A stretch of DNA of 64,000 nucleotides from Macrostomum lignano. Its lineage: Eukaryota. The notes under the pieces are model-generated. The model was not told the origin of the DNA. It did no database searches and saw nothing but the letters and a program-made list of their open reading frames with translations. The stretch is from positions 82,520 through 146,519 of the forward strand of contig NIVC01000112.1 in the NCBI GenBank assembly GCA_002269645.1. Direction: 5' to 3'. A program made the position numbers and the translations under genes. This document shows positions 24,730 through 36,289 of the stretch, in pieces; the stretch's first letter is position 1; each line of letters opens with the position of its first letter.

Positions 24730-27700
24730 TGTAGTGTCTGTCTATCGGTTAGCTCGTACTCGCACTCCTCAGTCCCACCAAGCACCGGTCTTTGTCTAGC
24801 CGTTACAGTCATCACTGTACGGCCAATGCACGCCCAAGTCCTATGCACAAGTCTGTCTGTCTGCACCCCGCACCCCCAACAAGCACAGGCCTGCCGGTTG
24901 TCTTCCCCCAAGCTGGGAAGCAGAGAAATAAATAAAGAAGCCCGAGGCCTGGCGCCTCTGTAAGAAGCTACGAGGGTGCGCCTACGAGGAACGTGTAGCC
25001 CTCTATATGAGCGCAAACAGAATTAAGGACGAAAGCCAGAAGAAGGCGGTTTTTCTAACCTTGATCGGCCGCCAATGCTATGCAACCCTACGAAATCTGT
25101 GCTCGTCAGGGAAGCCTTCTGATTTGTCCTACGAAGAGACGAAGAGCTGGTAAAGCTACTCAAGGACCACTTCCAGCCAAAGAAGCCGGTCATTGCTGAG
25201 CGGTTTCGCTTCTACAAGCGAGTTCAGAAGGACGGAGGGTCGGCTGCACAGTTTTTGGCCACACTCCGCAGTCTGGCGGAGACCTGCGACTTCGGAACTT
25301 TTCTGGAAGACGCATTGCGTGACTGCTTCGTCTGTGGACTCCGGGAGCCGCAAGTGCAGAAGCGGTTGTTGACTGTCAGCACCTTGACGCTCGAGAAGGC
25401 CAAGGAAATCGCTCAAGCAGCAGAAATCGCGGAAGCGGAGGCCAACAGCTGGCGCCAAGCCGGAGGTCAATCTGGTCGGTAAAGCCGCGTCACCACGACG
25501 GCCGTGCATGCGCTGTGGCTCCAGGCAGCACCTGTCGGCGGAGTGCCAGCACCGGAACACCAAGTGTCACGCCTGTGGCAAGCTGGGCCACTTGAAGGCC
25601 GTCTGTCTATCGAGCCAAAAGACCTGCGCCGGAGGGGCTCCTAGCAGTCAGCAAAGCGGCTTGAAATTCAGTGGCCACAAGAACAGAAAGTCCATCAGGG
25701 CCGTTCACCCAGACCAGAGCGAGGAGCACCGCGGCGGGGAAAGCGACGACTCGGCAGAGGTGACGTGGATCTCCCAGGTCTGCAGCGGTAAGGAAAGGCA
25801 CCTGAGTGCTCAGCTACACATCAACGGGCGACCGCTGAGGATGCAGGTGGACACCGGAGCTTGCGCCAGCCTCGTATCTAAGCAGCACTGGAAGCAGCTG
25901 GGTCGGCCGTGACTACAGAACACCGAGGTTCAACTGCGCACCTGGACAGGCGAGAGCATCCCGGTGCTGGGGTCTGCGAATGTGGAAGTGCAGTACGGCA
26001 CGCAGACTTGCGAGCTGCCCCTGATAGTCACCAGCCTAGAGAAGGCAAGCCCGTTAATGGGCCGGGACTGGCTAAGGAACATTCGGCTGAACTGGAAGGA
26101 GATCTTCGCCATCAGCGATCCAGTTCCACCGGAGATCTCAGCTACGCCAACAGCGCCACCAGAGTTGGACGGCCTGCTGCAGGAGTTTGCGGACGTGTTC
26201 GAGCCGGGCCTGGGCAACTTCACCCAGCACAGTGTGAAGCTGCGGCTGCAAGAGGACGCGCTGCCCAAGTTCTGCAAGGCCTGACCCGTGCCGTACGCCC
26301 TGAAGTCCAAGATCGACGCGGAGTTGCAGCGGATGCAGGAAGTAGGGGTGATAGAGCCCGTTCGGCATAGCGACTGGGCGACTCCGGTCGTGCCCGTAAG
26401 CAAGCCAAACGGGACCATCAGACTGTGCGGTGACTACAAGGTCACGCTGAACCCGCAGCTGAAGATCGACCACTACCCTATGCCGACGCCAGAGGAGCTC
26501 TACGACGCGGTTGGCGGCGGCAAGATCTTCTCCAAGCTGGACCTGTCGGAATGCTACCTGCAGTTTCCACTGGACGAGGCCAGCCAAGACTTGATCACCA
26601 TCAACACCCACAAGGGACTGTTTAAGTTCAAGCGACTTCCATATGGAGTCTGCTCGGCGCCTGCGCTATGCCAGCAGATCATGGAGTCTGTGCTGCAGGG
26701 TGCCAGCTCAACTTGCTGCCGGATTGACGACATCTTGGTGGCAGGGAAAAACTCGGAGGACCACCTGAGTGATCTGCGGGAGGTTCTGAACCGTTTGCGC
26801 AAAGCTGGACTCCGACTGAAGCTAGAGAAGTGCAGGTTCTTTGAGAGCGAGGTGGAGTACCTGGGCTCGCTTATTAGCAGCGAAGGGGTCCGGAAGAGTC
26901 CAAAGAAGGTCAAGGCCATCAGAGCCAGCCCGAAGCCGACAACCGTGTCCGAGTTGCGGTCCTTTCTAGGTCTGGCAAACTACTACGCCAAGCATGTTGC
27001 TAACTTCTCGACAAAGGCGGCCCCGCTGTACAAGCTTCTTCGCAAGGACACCGCGTGGGAGTGGACAGCGAGCCAGCAGTCGGCCTGGGAGGCTTTGAAG
27101 GAAGCACTTGCGTCAGACACCGTGCTGACTTGCTACAACCCCGACTGGCCGCTGATACTGGCCGCGGACGCCTCCTCCGTCGGCATTGGAGCCGTCATCT
27201 CCCACGTGGTGCCTGACGGAACCGAGAAGCCGATCGCCTTCGCCTCACGGAGCTTGAACGCCGCGGAGAAGAATTACGCTCAGATCGAGAAGGAGGCACT
27301 GGCGATCATCTTTGGCATGAAGAAGTTTCACAACTACACATACGGCCAGAAGATCACCATCATCACTGACCACCAGCCCCTGACGAGCATCTTTGGACCG
27401 AAAAACGGCGTCTCGGCGACAGCAGCAGCACGTCTGCAGCGATGGGCGCTCACGCTGGCCGCGTACGACTACGACATCCGCTACAAAAACACCAAGCAGC
27501 ACGGTAACGCTGACTTCCTGTCACGGCTACCCCTGGCGACCCAGTTGGAAGCCGACGACTCCAGAGGGGTGTTCTGGACAGACGAAGAGGGCCAGGGCAG
27601 CGAAGACTGGCCACTGCTGGCCAAAGACATTGCTAGCGCCAGTCAACGAGACATGGACCTCCAGGAGGTGCTGCGGTACACGCGTGATGGATGGCCGCAC

Positions 27701-29289
27701 GCCTGGCGCGGCAGTCAAGAGCCTTACCATCGACGGCGACATGAGCTCAGTTTGGAGGAGGGCTGCCTGCTGTGGGGGGCGCGGGTCGTCATCCCTGCGG
27801 CACTGCGATCTCGCGTTCTGCAAGAGCTGCACGCTGATCATGCCGGCATCGTCAGAATGAAGTCGGTGGCGCGAAGCTTCGTGTGGTGGCCTGGCCTAGA
27901 TCAAGACATCGAGCGGGTGGCTGGCTCCTGCAGCCAGTGCCAGATGACGCGGCCGGAGACTACGGCGCCACTACACCCCTGGATCTGGCCGGACCAACCG
28001 TGGGAGCGGATCCACATGGACTTCGCGGGTCCCGTGGAGGGCCAGAACTATCTTCTAGTTGTGGACGCACACTCCAAGTGGCCACACGTAGAGCAAGTCA
28101 GCAGTCTTACAAGCGCTGAGGTCGTGAAGCGGTTGCGGCGTCTTTTCGCCCAGTGGGGGCTGCCACACCAGATCGTGTCTGACAACGGGCCAGCCTTCGC
28201 TAGTGCGGAGTTTCAAGATTTCTGCAAGAGCAACGGAATCAAGCACATCCGCAGTAGCCCATACCACCCGAAGACCAACGGCCTGGTGGAGCGCCTGGTA
28301 GGCAGCTTCAAGCGGGCCATGAAGTCCAGCCAGGCGGACGCAGGGAACGCCGACAAGCGACTGCAGAACTGGCTGCTTGGCTACCGCGCCACACAACACC
28401 CAACCACTGGCCGGGCCCCGGCGCAGCTCATGCTCGGCCGGGGGCTGCGGACGCGCATGGATCTGATGCGGCCGTCTACTCGAGACCGGGTTCTTCGTGC
28501 TCAGGCAGATCAGAAGAAGCTCCACGACCGCAAGGCTCGCCACGCCGATCAACTGCCGGACCAGGTGTGGGCGCGGGATTACCGCCGTGGACGGAAGGCC
28601 GGGTGACAGAGCAGACCGGGCCACTCAGCTACCGAGTGGAGACCCGGGATGGCGTCATCGAGCGCCGGCACGCCGACCAGCTGCGGCCACGAATTACGCC
28701 GACGCCGCTAGCCGCCAGCCGCCTGTCGACCGAGACCGGCGACGTGACGGACCGAGCCGGCGATGAGGCCGGCGACGCGGAGTTCGCCAGCTCGGCCCCT
28801 GAAGTTGATTCAGGCCAGCCGGCGAGGGACGTCGAACCGCCGCAGATGCGCCGCTCAGCGCGAACGCGACAGGAACCGGACCGGCTGCTGTACACTAAAC
28901 CGGCGCGGGAACTCCCGGATGTGACTGATTAGAGACAATCGCGTTTTGGAGGGAAGGGGAAAACTGTAGTGTCTGTCTATCGGTTAGCTCGTACTCGCAC
29001 TCCTCAGTCCCACCAAGCACCGGTCTTTGTCTAGCCGTTACAGTCATCACTGTACGGCCAATGCACGCCCAAGTCCTATGCACAAGTCTGTCTGTCTGCA
29101 CCCCGCACCCCCAACAAGCATAGGCCTGCCGGTTGTCTTCCCCCAAGCTGGGAAGCAGAGAAATTAAATAAGGAAGCCCGAGGCCTGGCGCCTCTGTAAG
29201 AAGCTACGAACCAAGATCGAGCTGGCCTGCGAGGCTCACACACACTCGTGCACAATCTTATTCTTATTCATTTGGAGCTAGACTCCACA
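24730..29289 (+). mobile_element. Ty3/Gypsy LTR retrotransposon (Mag-like), defective
   Basis: 3' LTR 28965-29289 (TGTAGTGTCT...AGACTCCACA, AATAAA-like signal) preceded by PPT GGAGGGAAGGGGAAAAC; 5' LTR 24730-24973 nearly identical but truncated; TSD CACG (24726-24729, 29290-29293). Confidence 0.95.
24975..28930 (+). pseudogene. Disrupted gag-pol of the Gypsy element
   Basis: Gag fragments (AYEERV...IAERFRFYKRVQ, two CX2CX4HX4C knuckles), protease DTGA, RT (PVVPVSKPNGTIRLCGDYK; RIDD), RNase H, integrase HHCC + D,D,E. Stops at 25480, 25910 and 26282; frameshifts in gag and near 28600. Confidence 0.92.
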
Positions 29290-29888
29290 CACGTTGTTGT
29301 CAGCGTCTTCTGATCTTGTATCGCGGCACCGCGGAGTTTCAGGATGAGCTATAGCTGATGTATCGCGGTGCCGCGGAGTTTCAGGATGAGCTATAGCTGA
29401 TGTATCGCGGTGCCGCGGAGTTTCAGGATGAGCTATAGCTGATGTATCGCGGTGCCACGGAGTTTCAGGATGAGCTATAGCTGATGTATCGCGGTGCCGC
29501 GGAGTTTCAGGATGAGCTATAGCTGATGTATCGCGGTGCCGCGATATATATAGATCAGATGACGCTGCGCTGACAACATGCAAGTCTACGTGTACTAACT
29601 TTCCTATTCAAATGGGCTTCTTGTTACATGGATGGCTGCGCGGTTTATAAAGATAGAAATCATAAACCTTTTCGGAATTACGGACTGCATCGATCGCTAT
29701 TAAGTAACATTGATCGAACCCGTGCTCAAATCTGCATGCAGTGTGAGCACTCGACTTTTGCGAAAATTGTACAGCCGATTCGGGCATTATCAAACAATTA
29801 AAACAGTTAGTCAATGATCGGGAATGAGCGCGCATGGGAGAGAAAATTTCAGAATCGGTGTTGTCAGCACTCATTTTAGCGCCGCAGG

Positions 29889-30208
29889 CAGGGGCGTCAT
29901 CGTGCACCAGCAGGCGGGGACAGGGGGACATGTCCCCCTAGTAAAAGATTTGGGCATTTGCCAAATGCTTTGTCCCCCTCAACCATACCAATTGTGACCT
30001 ATTATGAAAATTTTGCTGCATGGTGCTAAATTATTGCCAAAATGAGTGCCAGCGGCGCCAAAATGACTGCCTGCGGTGCTAAAAAGAGTGCTGACAACAC
30101 CGATTCTGAAAATAATGTACATGTAGGAATTAGTCCTGTACATGTACATGTATAAGTGTTGGCTTTGCCCCCCCCCCTCCCACCATAAAATACACGGCGA
30201 CGCCACTG
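29889..30208. mobile_element. hAT-type MITE nested in a related MITE
   Basis: TIRs CAGGGGCGTC / GACGCCACTG; 8-bp TSD GCCGCAGG (29881-29888, 30209-30216); the host copy ends TGACGCCCCTG at 30365-30375. Confidence 0.75.
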
Positions 30209-30715
30209 GCCGCAGGGACTCATTTTGGCGCCGCGAGCACTAATTTTAGCACCATGCAGCAAAATTTCCATAACGGCCGTCACAAGGTGGTGGGGGGACA
30301 AAGCATTGGCATGTCCCCCCAAATATTTTACTGGGGGGACATGTCCCCCCTGTCCCCCCGTTGGTGACGCCCCTGACGACGCTTTAACGTTGGTGAAAGC
30401 GTAAAAATGCATGCAAAACTATTAAAGAATTTCATTTTTAAGGCACCTAGCTTGCGCTGCGCCACTACTGTCATTAGATAAGCCTATTAAGCAATAAATG
30501 GACTTAAAGTGTACAATTGTAATTAGTTCTAACGTAAACTAAGGCCTTTGCTTTAGAGAGCTATTTTTTAGCAACACCTCTTGGATATCACCTGAGGCAG
30601 TGGGTCTACTACTAAAACGTTACGGATATCTAAACGAAACTTGATGTCGAGACGAAGAAAAAAGGTTCTAATTTGATATGAAACTTTCTAAGAAGCCCAT
30701 ACGGCATATATATAT

Positions 30716-31412
30716 CAAGGACGACTTAAGTAGAAGGACGGGAAACCTCGTTTCTTAGAAAAGTTTTGAAGGCACTTTTTCCCGAAAAAATACACTACGG
30801 AGATAGGAAGTTTTCATTTTTTCAGCACAAAAATTGTTATTGCGTTTGATAGGAGGCAGATCCAGTGTTCATCTCTTGATATGTTGTGCCTTTTTTATTG
30901 CTCTATCGATATTTATAAAGCTTTTCGTTCAGAAAACTAGGATTCTATGTTAATTTTTGATTCTACGTATGTTTCCTGTATCTAAAAATCACAAAAATGC
31001 ATGACACAGCTCCAATATTTGGTTTTATGAACCTATTTTATCATCTCTGTTACAAATATTTGCTACACAGTCGGGTAAGAATGATAAAATAGACTCATAA
31101 AACCAAAGAGCCGAGCCGTGGCATTCTAATGTATTTCAAGCACAAGACACGCGAAAATATACGAAGAATAAAAAATTAACATAGAATCCTAATTTCCTGA
31201 ACGAAAAGCTTTATAAATATCGATAGAGCAAAAAAAAGGCACAACATATCAAGAGATGAACACTGGATCTGCCTCCTATCAAACGCAATAACAATTTTTG
31301 TGCTGAAAAAATGAAAAATTCCTATCTCCGTAGTGTATTTTTTCGGGAAAAAGTGCCTTCAAAACTTTTCTAAGAAACGAGGTTTCCCGTCCTTCTACTT
31401 AAGTCGTCCTTG
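30716..31412. mobile_element. 697-bp MITE with ~250-bp near-perfect TIRs, inserted in a TA run
   Basis: CAAGGACGACTTAAGTAGAAGGACGGG... / ...CCCGTCCTTCTACTTAAGTCGTCCTTG, flanked by (TA)n on both sides. Confidence 0.85.
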
Positions 31413-32399
31413 ATATATATACGCACTTATACCCCGGCTCAGCCAGCTGGAGCCCCAGGGCGGCAGGTCCCAGGGTTCAGCTCTATATAGACTATATTAG
31501 GCCTCCATCATATATATTAGGTAAGCCGTGTGTCATCTTTTGACGCAAGAAAGCGAAGTTTTTCCCCGCGCAGACGGTGGATCATTAGAAATTAGGAAAT
31601 AGGCCATGCCATGGTGCTACATTATATTAGGCTAAGGCCTAATATTACATCATTTATAATCGCTCTATTATTGTACTACTGTAAAAAATATTGATTTGAA
31701 TAGGAATATCAATACTACTGTAAAAAATATTGATTTGAATAGGAATATCATATAAATTATATAACATTTAGGGGGAGTATATTTATGACTATGGCTCTAG
31801 AGTCTAGATAGATATTGGTAGATATCCTGCTGTACCAATGCCAATGCCATTCCAGTGATTCCATATGGATTTGTATCAGTCCAGAAATTTAGGTAGATAA
31901 GCCTGCTATCCTCTCTGCACTAGAATAAGTAGTGGGCCTTGTCAAATCCATTTCTGTAAAGGAAAATTCCCCAGAAAACAGCACTATCCTGACTGTTTTA
32001 AAGACTCTTAAGTTAGGCCCTATTAGGGACAATATTAGAACCAATTAGGGCATTTCAAAATCTCCCAAGACTAAGTCAGGCCCTAACTTAGTTAAGGACT
32101 TAGTCTTGGGAGATTTTGAAATTTGGGCCTTTTTTAGCAATGATTTATTCCATTTGATAATTTTTTGACTAGAATAACGAAACACCTTTTGTTGTTTTGA
32201 AAACTGCCAAGTAGGCCTACTAATTTATTATTCTTAACTTCTGTTTCATCTTCCTTTAGACTATGGATAATAAATAGCTACAAAACTTTTTATATAGCTT
32301 GAGGCCTATCTTAAATCTTAACTTTTTTGTAGGTCTAATGTATTTTGCCTATTGTGTACTATCTGTACTATTGGGTATTGAGTAGGCCTACTATAGTAC

Positions 32400-32989
32400 T
32401 GTTATGTTCTTGGCATTAAGCCACAATAATCAATGCTAGGCCAAAAATTAGTTCATATATTTGGGCGCTTGTTTGGGGTCAACATATAAATGGGGGCAGA
32501 TGGTTTTGCACATAGATGAATAATTTGCATATGCACACAATATCTCCCCTTTTAAGCAAAACAGTTTTACAGTTCTTTCTTCCTCATCTCCCCTTTTAAG
32601 CTTTAACTGGTTCACCCAACTTCTTGTAATGCAACTTGGATGCTAGGACTCCCTTGTTGACCGTTGACTTCGCCTTGGCTGTGCAGTCTTTGGCTTGTCT
32701 GGGGCGTTTTGTGCTTTACCCTGCTTCTGAGATGTACCAGTAGTAGAGAGCTGTTCTTGTGGTAGACATCGGCCGATGTACACATGATTGGGACAGAAAA
32801 TTTGGCCGCTTACTAACTTGACCATGTAATCCTGCTTGCGACACCATGTTATGTTCTTGGCATTAAGCCACAGTAATCGGTGCTAGGCTGAAAATGAGTT
32901 AATATATTTGGTTGCTTGTTTGGGGTCAACATATAAACAGCGGCAGATGGTTTCGCACATAGACAAATAATTCGCATATGCACACAACA
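32400..32989 (-). mobile_element. Miniature LTR retroelement (TRIM-like / internally deleted Gypsy)
   Basis: 143-bp LTRs at 32400-32542 and 32847-32989; 5-bp TSD AGTAC; minus-strand PBS TGGTGTCGCAAGCAGGA; PPT TTAAAAGGGGAGA; ~300-bp interior with a short ORF ending PRRSQRSTRES, resembling a Gypsy pol tail. Confidence 0.85.
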
Positions 32990-33179
32990 AGTACTATTGA
33001 GTACTATAGGCAAATAGGCTTAGGCCTAATCATTTTTGATTGAAAAATTGTTTATTATTAACATTTTAATATTTTTAAAAACCAATTTCAATGCTTAGGC
33101 CTAGGCTAGGCTTAGGGTCTAATATTTTAGCTTCTTTATCCTTTATTTATCTATTGATAAAATAAATCTAATACATGAA

Positions 33180-34675
33180 GTACATATAAATGTAGATATA
33201 CATGTAGGACTATATATATAATTCAATAGATTCCCAAGTGCTATACTTTGAATTGTATACTAATGCATTGTTAATTTTATTATATATATATATAAAGTAT
33301 AAAATTATTACAACAATATACAAAGCCATTTAAAAAATACTACTTTTGTTCAAACAAGTAAATCTAATATAACCAGAATAGCCAAAACCTTTGCAATAAA
33401 ACCTAAAAAAGTTAGCCTTAAGCTTGAAATGCATAAGACTAAAAGGCCTATAAAAAGGTTTTTTGCTAATTTTGCTATAGTAAAGCCAATGTCTTAATTT
33501 TTGTTTTTTAATGGATATACTTAAGCATATTAAAATGTTGTTTTATAACTAGAGGCAACAAAGCTAAACTATTATAAAAAGTAGGAACAATAAAAAAATT
33601 ATAAAAAATTCAAGTATTTTTAATATAAAAGATTGATTAAGCCTTGAAAATAGAAAAAAATAGTTTATTACATTGTTCTTGCATTTTATAATGGCTTTTT
33701 TATGCTATCTTATGCTAACTTTGACAATGTTGTTCAATTTAAAAAATGCAAGTTTCTTTTTGTGTGTTACCATTTTTTAATAGGCCTATCTTTTTATGAA
33801 AAAGTTTATATAGTTTTTTATCATCTAAATGAAAGTCAAATGTATATTTCTATATCTATTGGTTTTATCTATAGAAAGTATAAAAATATTTTACAATATT
33901 AGAACAAGATTTTTCTATTGTTTGTAACTTATATTTGATTTTTATTCTATATAATTATTTTATGACTATATATAAGCAAAGCCAAACATTCATAACAAAC
34001 ACTTTATTCAAACTTGCTTTTTATATAAATATTGGCAAGCCATGTGAACCTTTATTGAAGTTTTTTATTATGGTCCAATTCCTACTAGATTCCTATTAGA
34101 TTTAATAATTTCTTGGCATACTATTCTACTAAGGCTCAAAGTGTCAAGCATCTTTAGCAAAGAAAAATAGGAGACAATTGGCTTTATCTAGTATATTTAC
34201 TGTTTCAACTTTCTTGTATTTAAAAGAAACATTTGGTATAAGTTGACCCTTGGCTACTAATAAGGGGCATATAGGTATATATTATGGGGCCTGTATATTT
34301 ATTTTGGCAATAATGTTTTTTTTCCTTTAGCCTTAGCAGTAGGCCTATTTAGTATATAGTGATTTTTTTTGCCACCTTTCAAGCAAATGTAACAACTTTT
34401 CCTAGTAGACAAATATGATATAGGTCCTAGTTATATGGTCTTTTACCCACAGGATAGGCTATCAAAAGTTCAATTAATATAATATATTAATTTACTTGTT
34501 TGAACAAAAGTCATATTTTTTAAATGGCTTTTTATATTGTTGTAATAATTTTATACTTTATGTATGGATATAATAGAATTAACAATGCATTAGTATACAA
34601 TTCAAAGTGTAGCACTTAGGAATCTATTGAATTATATATATAGTTACATGTATATCTACATTTATGTATACTTTA
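33180..34675. mobile_element. Decayed inverted-repeat (foldback/MITE) element in an AT-rich domain
   Basis: ~190-bp arms at ~33180-33370 and ~34485-34675 are reverse complements with scattered differences. Confidence 0.6.
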
Positions 34676-36289
34676 TTGTGCATCTTAACATCTTGGAACA
34701 TCTGAAGATAAGCAAAAATTATTAAGAAATCTTCTCACACTGAGACTAGAACCCTTTTTAAAGTTCATTAATCTTGTATTAGAGTTTTTTTATGGTAGAA
34801 GAAATGACCCAAATGAGTAGAAAAAATGACTCCATGAATATTAGTAGACAAAAAAGTAGCAAACAAAATTTAGTATTACAGAATTCTATTTTGGATAATA
34901 AACTATGCTTTTTTCACTTATTGTCATTGTAATATTATTTTAACTTTCACATTGATCTGTGTTAGACCTTTAATTTAAAAAATGTTTTATTTAGTTTTTA
35001 AACAGTAAAAATCTAATATACTAAATGAGTTGTAAATATCTACATTTTGGAACAAATTATAAACTAAAAAGTTGAAACTACAAGTAACTATATATTCAGA
35101 TTTATAGTTGAAGCAATAAGTTTTTAGTGTATCTACTAGCCATTATTGCTCATGCAATATTTTGTTATATTCCATAGCCATATTTATGGTTGAACAATAA
35201 ACATTAGAGTTTATAAAAAATTATCTTTTTCCACTTTTAATAAAAATTTATGCAATAGTTACCATAATATGCTACTGGCAGTAGTACATGAATAAAATTA
35301 TCCTTTTTTGTAATCATAAATTAGATTATAACTACATATATGCACATAATTTAAAGTTCAAGAGATAGGAGAAAAGCAGCATAGGGTCACTGCACATCTT
35401 GTGTGAGCATGAATCAGGTAGGGACCAGCTTTCAGTATTTGCCTGTCTGTCATGTGCTCTGGAGTCAGTGCAATAGGCAATAGATGAAAATTCTCAACAT
35501 TTTTGCTGCTAGAGACCAAAATAGAGAGCCATTATAGGCTTCTAAAATTTAATGAAACTGCTGACAGCCGACTTATATTCCTATATAATTCTAACTAAGC
35601 AATAATCTTTTGGATTTTTTTGTGCAACAAAACCAAAAAAGTTATCGGGGAAATTTCCTCCTTAGTCCTTGGCATATGGGAGTTTAAACAGACTTTTTAG
35701 AAACTCTGATTTAGATTTTTTAACAGAGATTTCTCTGATCAAAAGCAAGGAAGAAGAGTTTGGGATGTGGGATTAGAAATTGCTGGATAGGACAAGCTTG
35801 TGTCAGGAGGACTCGGGGCGGCTGCCACGGCTGGCTGAAGGATCCCGCCGCTCGCTGTGCCAGAATTTGATTAAAATTTTGGTTAGTTTGGCCTCCCTGT
35901 TCCCTTTCCCCCCTTAGAGCCCGAGTTTTCCACTCGGCTAAGCTCGGATTGCCTTGTTTGTTCGCGCCCTGGTCTCTACTCCCTTGTCTCTCCGTCTGTA
36001 TTTTTCTCTGGGGCGGGGAAGCTCCCAGATTTTAGGGTCACGCCTGAGTTTGCTTTGGAGCCTTCGTTCTCTCTTGGCTGTGCTTTTAATACCCGACACT
36101 GTTGCTTCTTGTTCAGGCTTTCCGATTTCTGTCCACTTTTATGTAATCCCGGTAATTTTGATAGGGGAATGATAAATTAAGTAAAACTTTTATTAAATAT
36201 TGAAATAAGTGAACAATAATCTACGAGTCTGCGAGCTACGAGTGAAGAGTGATAGGTGTGAGAATGGAAGATCAGGGAAGAGAATGAAG

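Larger units (their letters stand above)
24696..29622. mobile_element. Palindromic MITE split by the Gypsy insertion, with a central 42-bp array
   Basis: 34-bp inverted repeat at 24696-24729 and 29589-29622 (1 mismatch); arms continue as GTTGTCAGCGTC.TCTGATCT / AGATCAGA.GACGCTG; ~5 copies of GTATCGCGGTGCCGCGGAGTTTCAGGATGAGCTATAGCTGAT at 29318-29545. Confidence 0.7.

Noticed and set aside
29318-29545. CRISPR-like regular repeats (also 45890-46660, 57420-58000)
   Set aside because: Units are contiguous with no unique spacers, there are no cas genes, and the context is eukaryotic.
31674-31750. Exact 38-bp tandem duplication
   Set aside because: An isolated simple duplication with no evidence of function.
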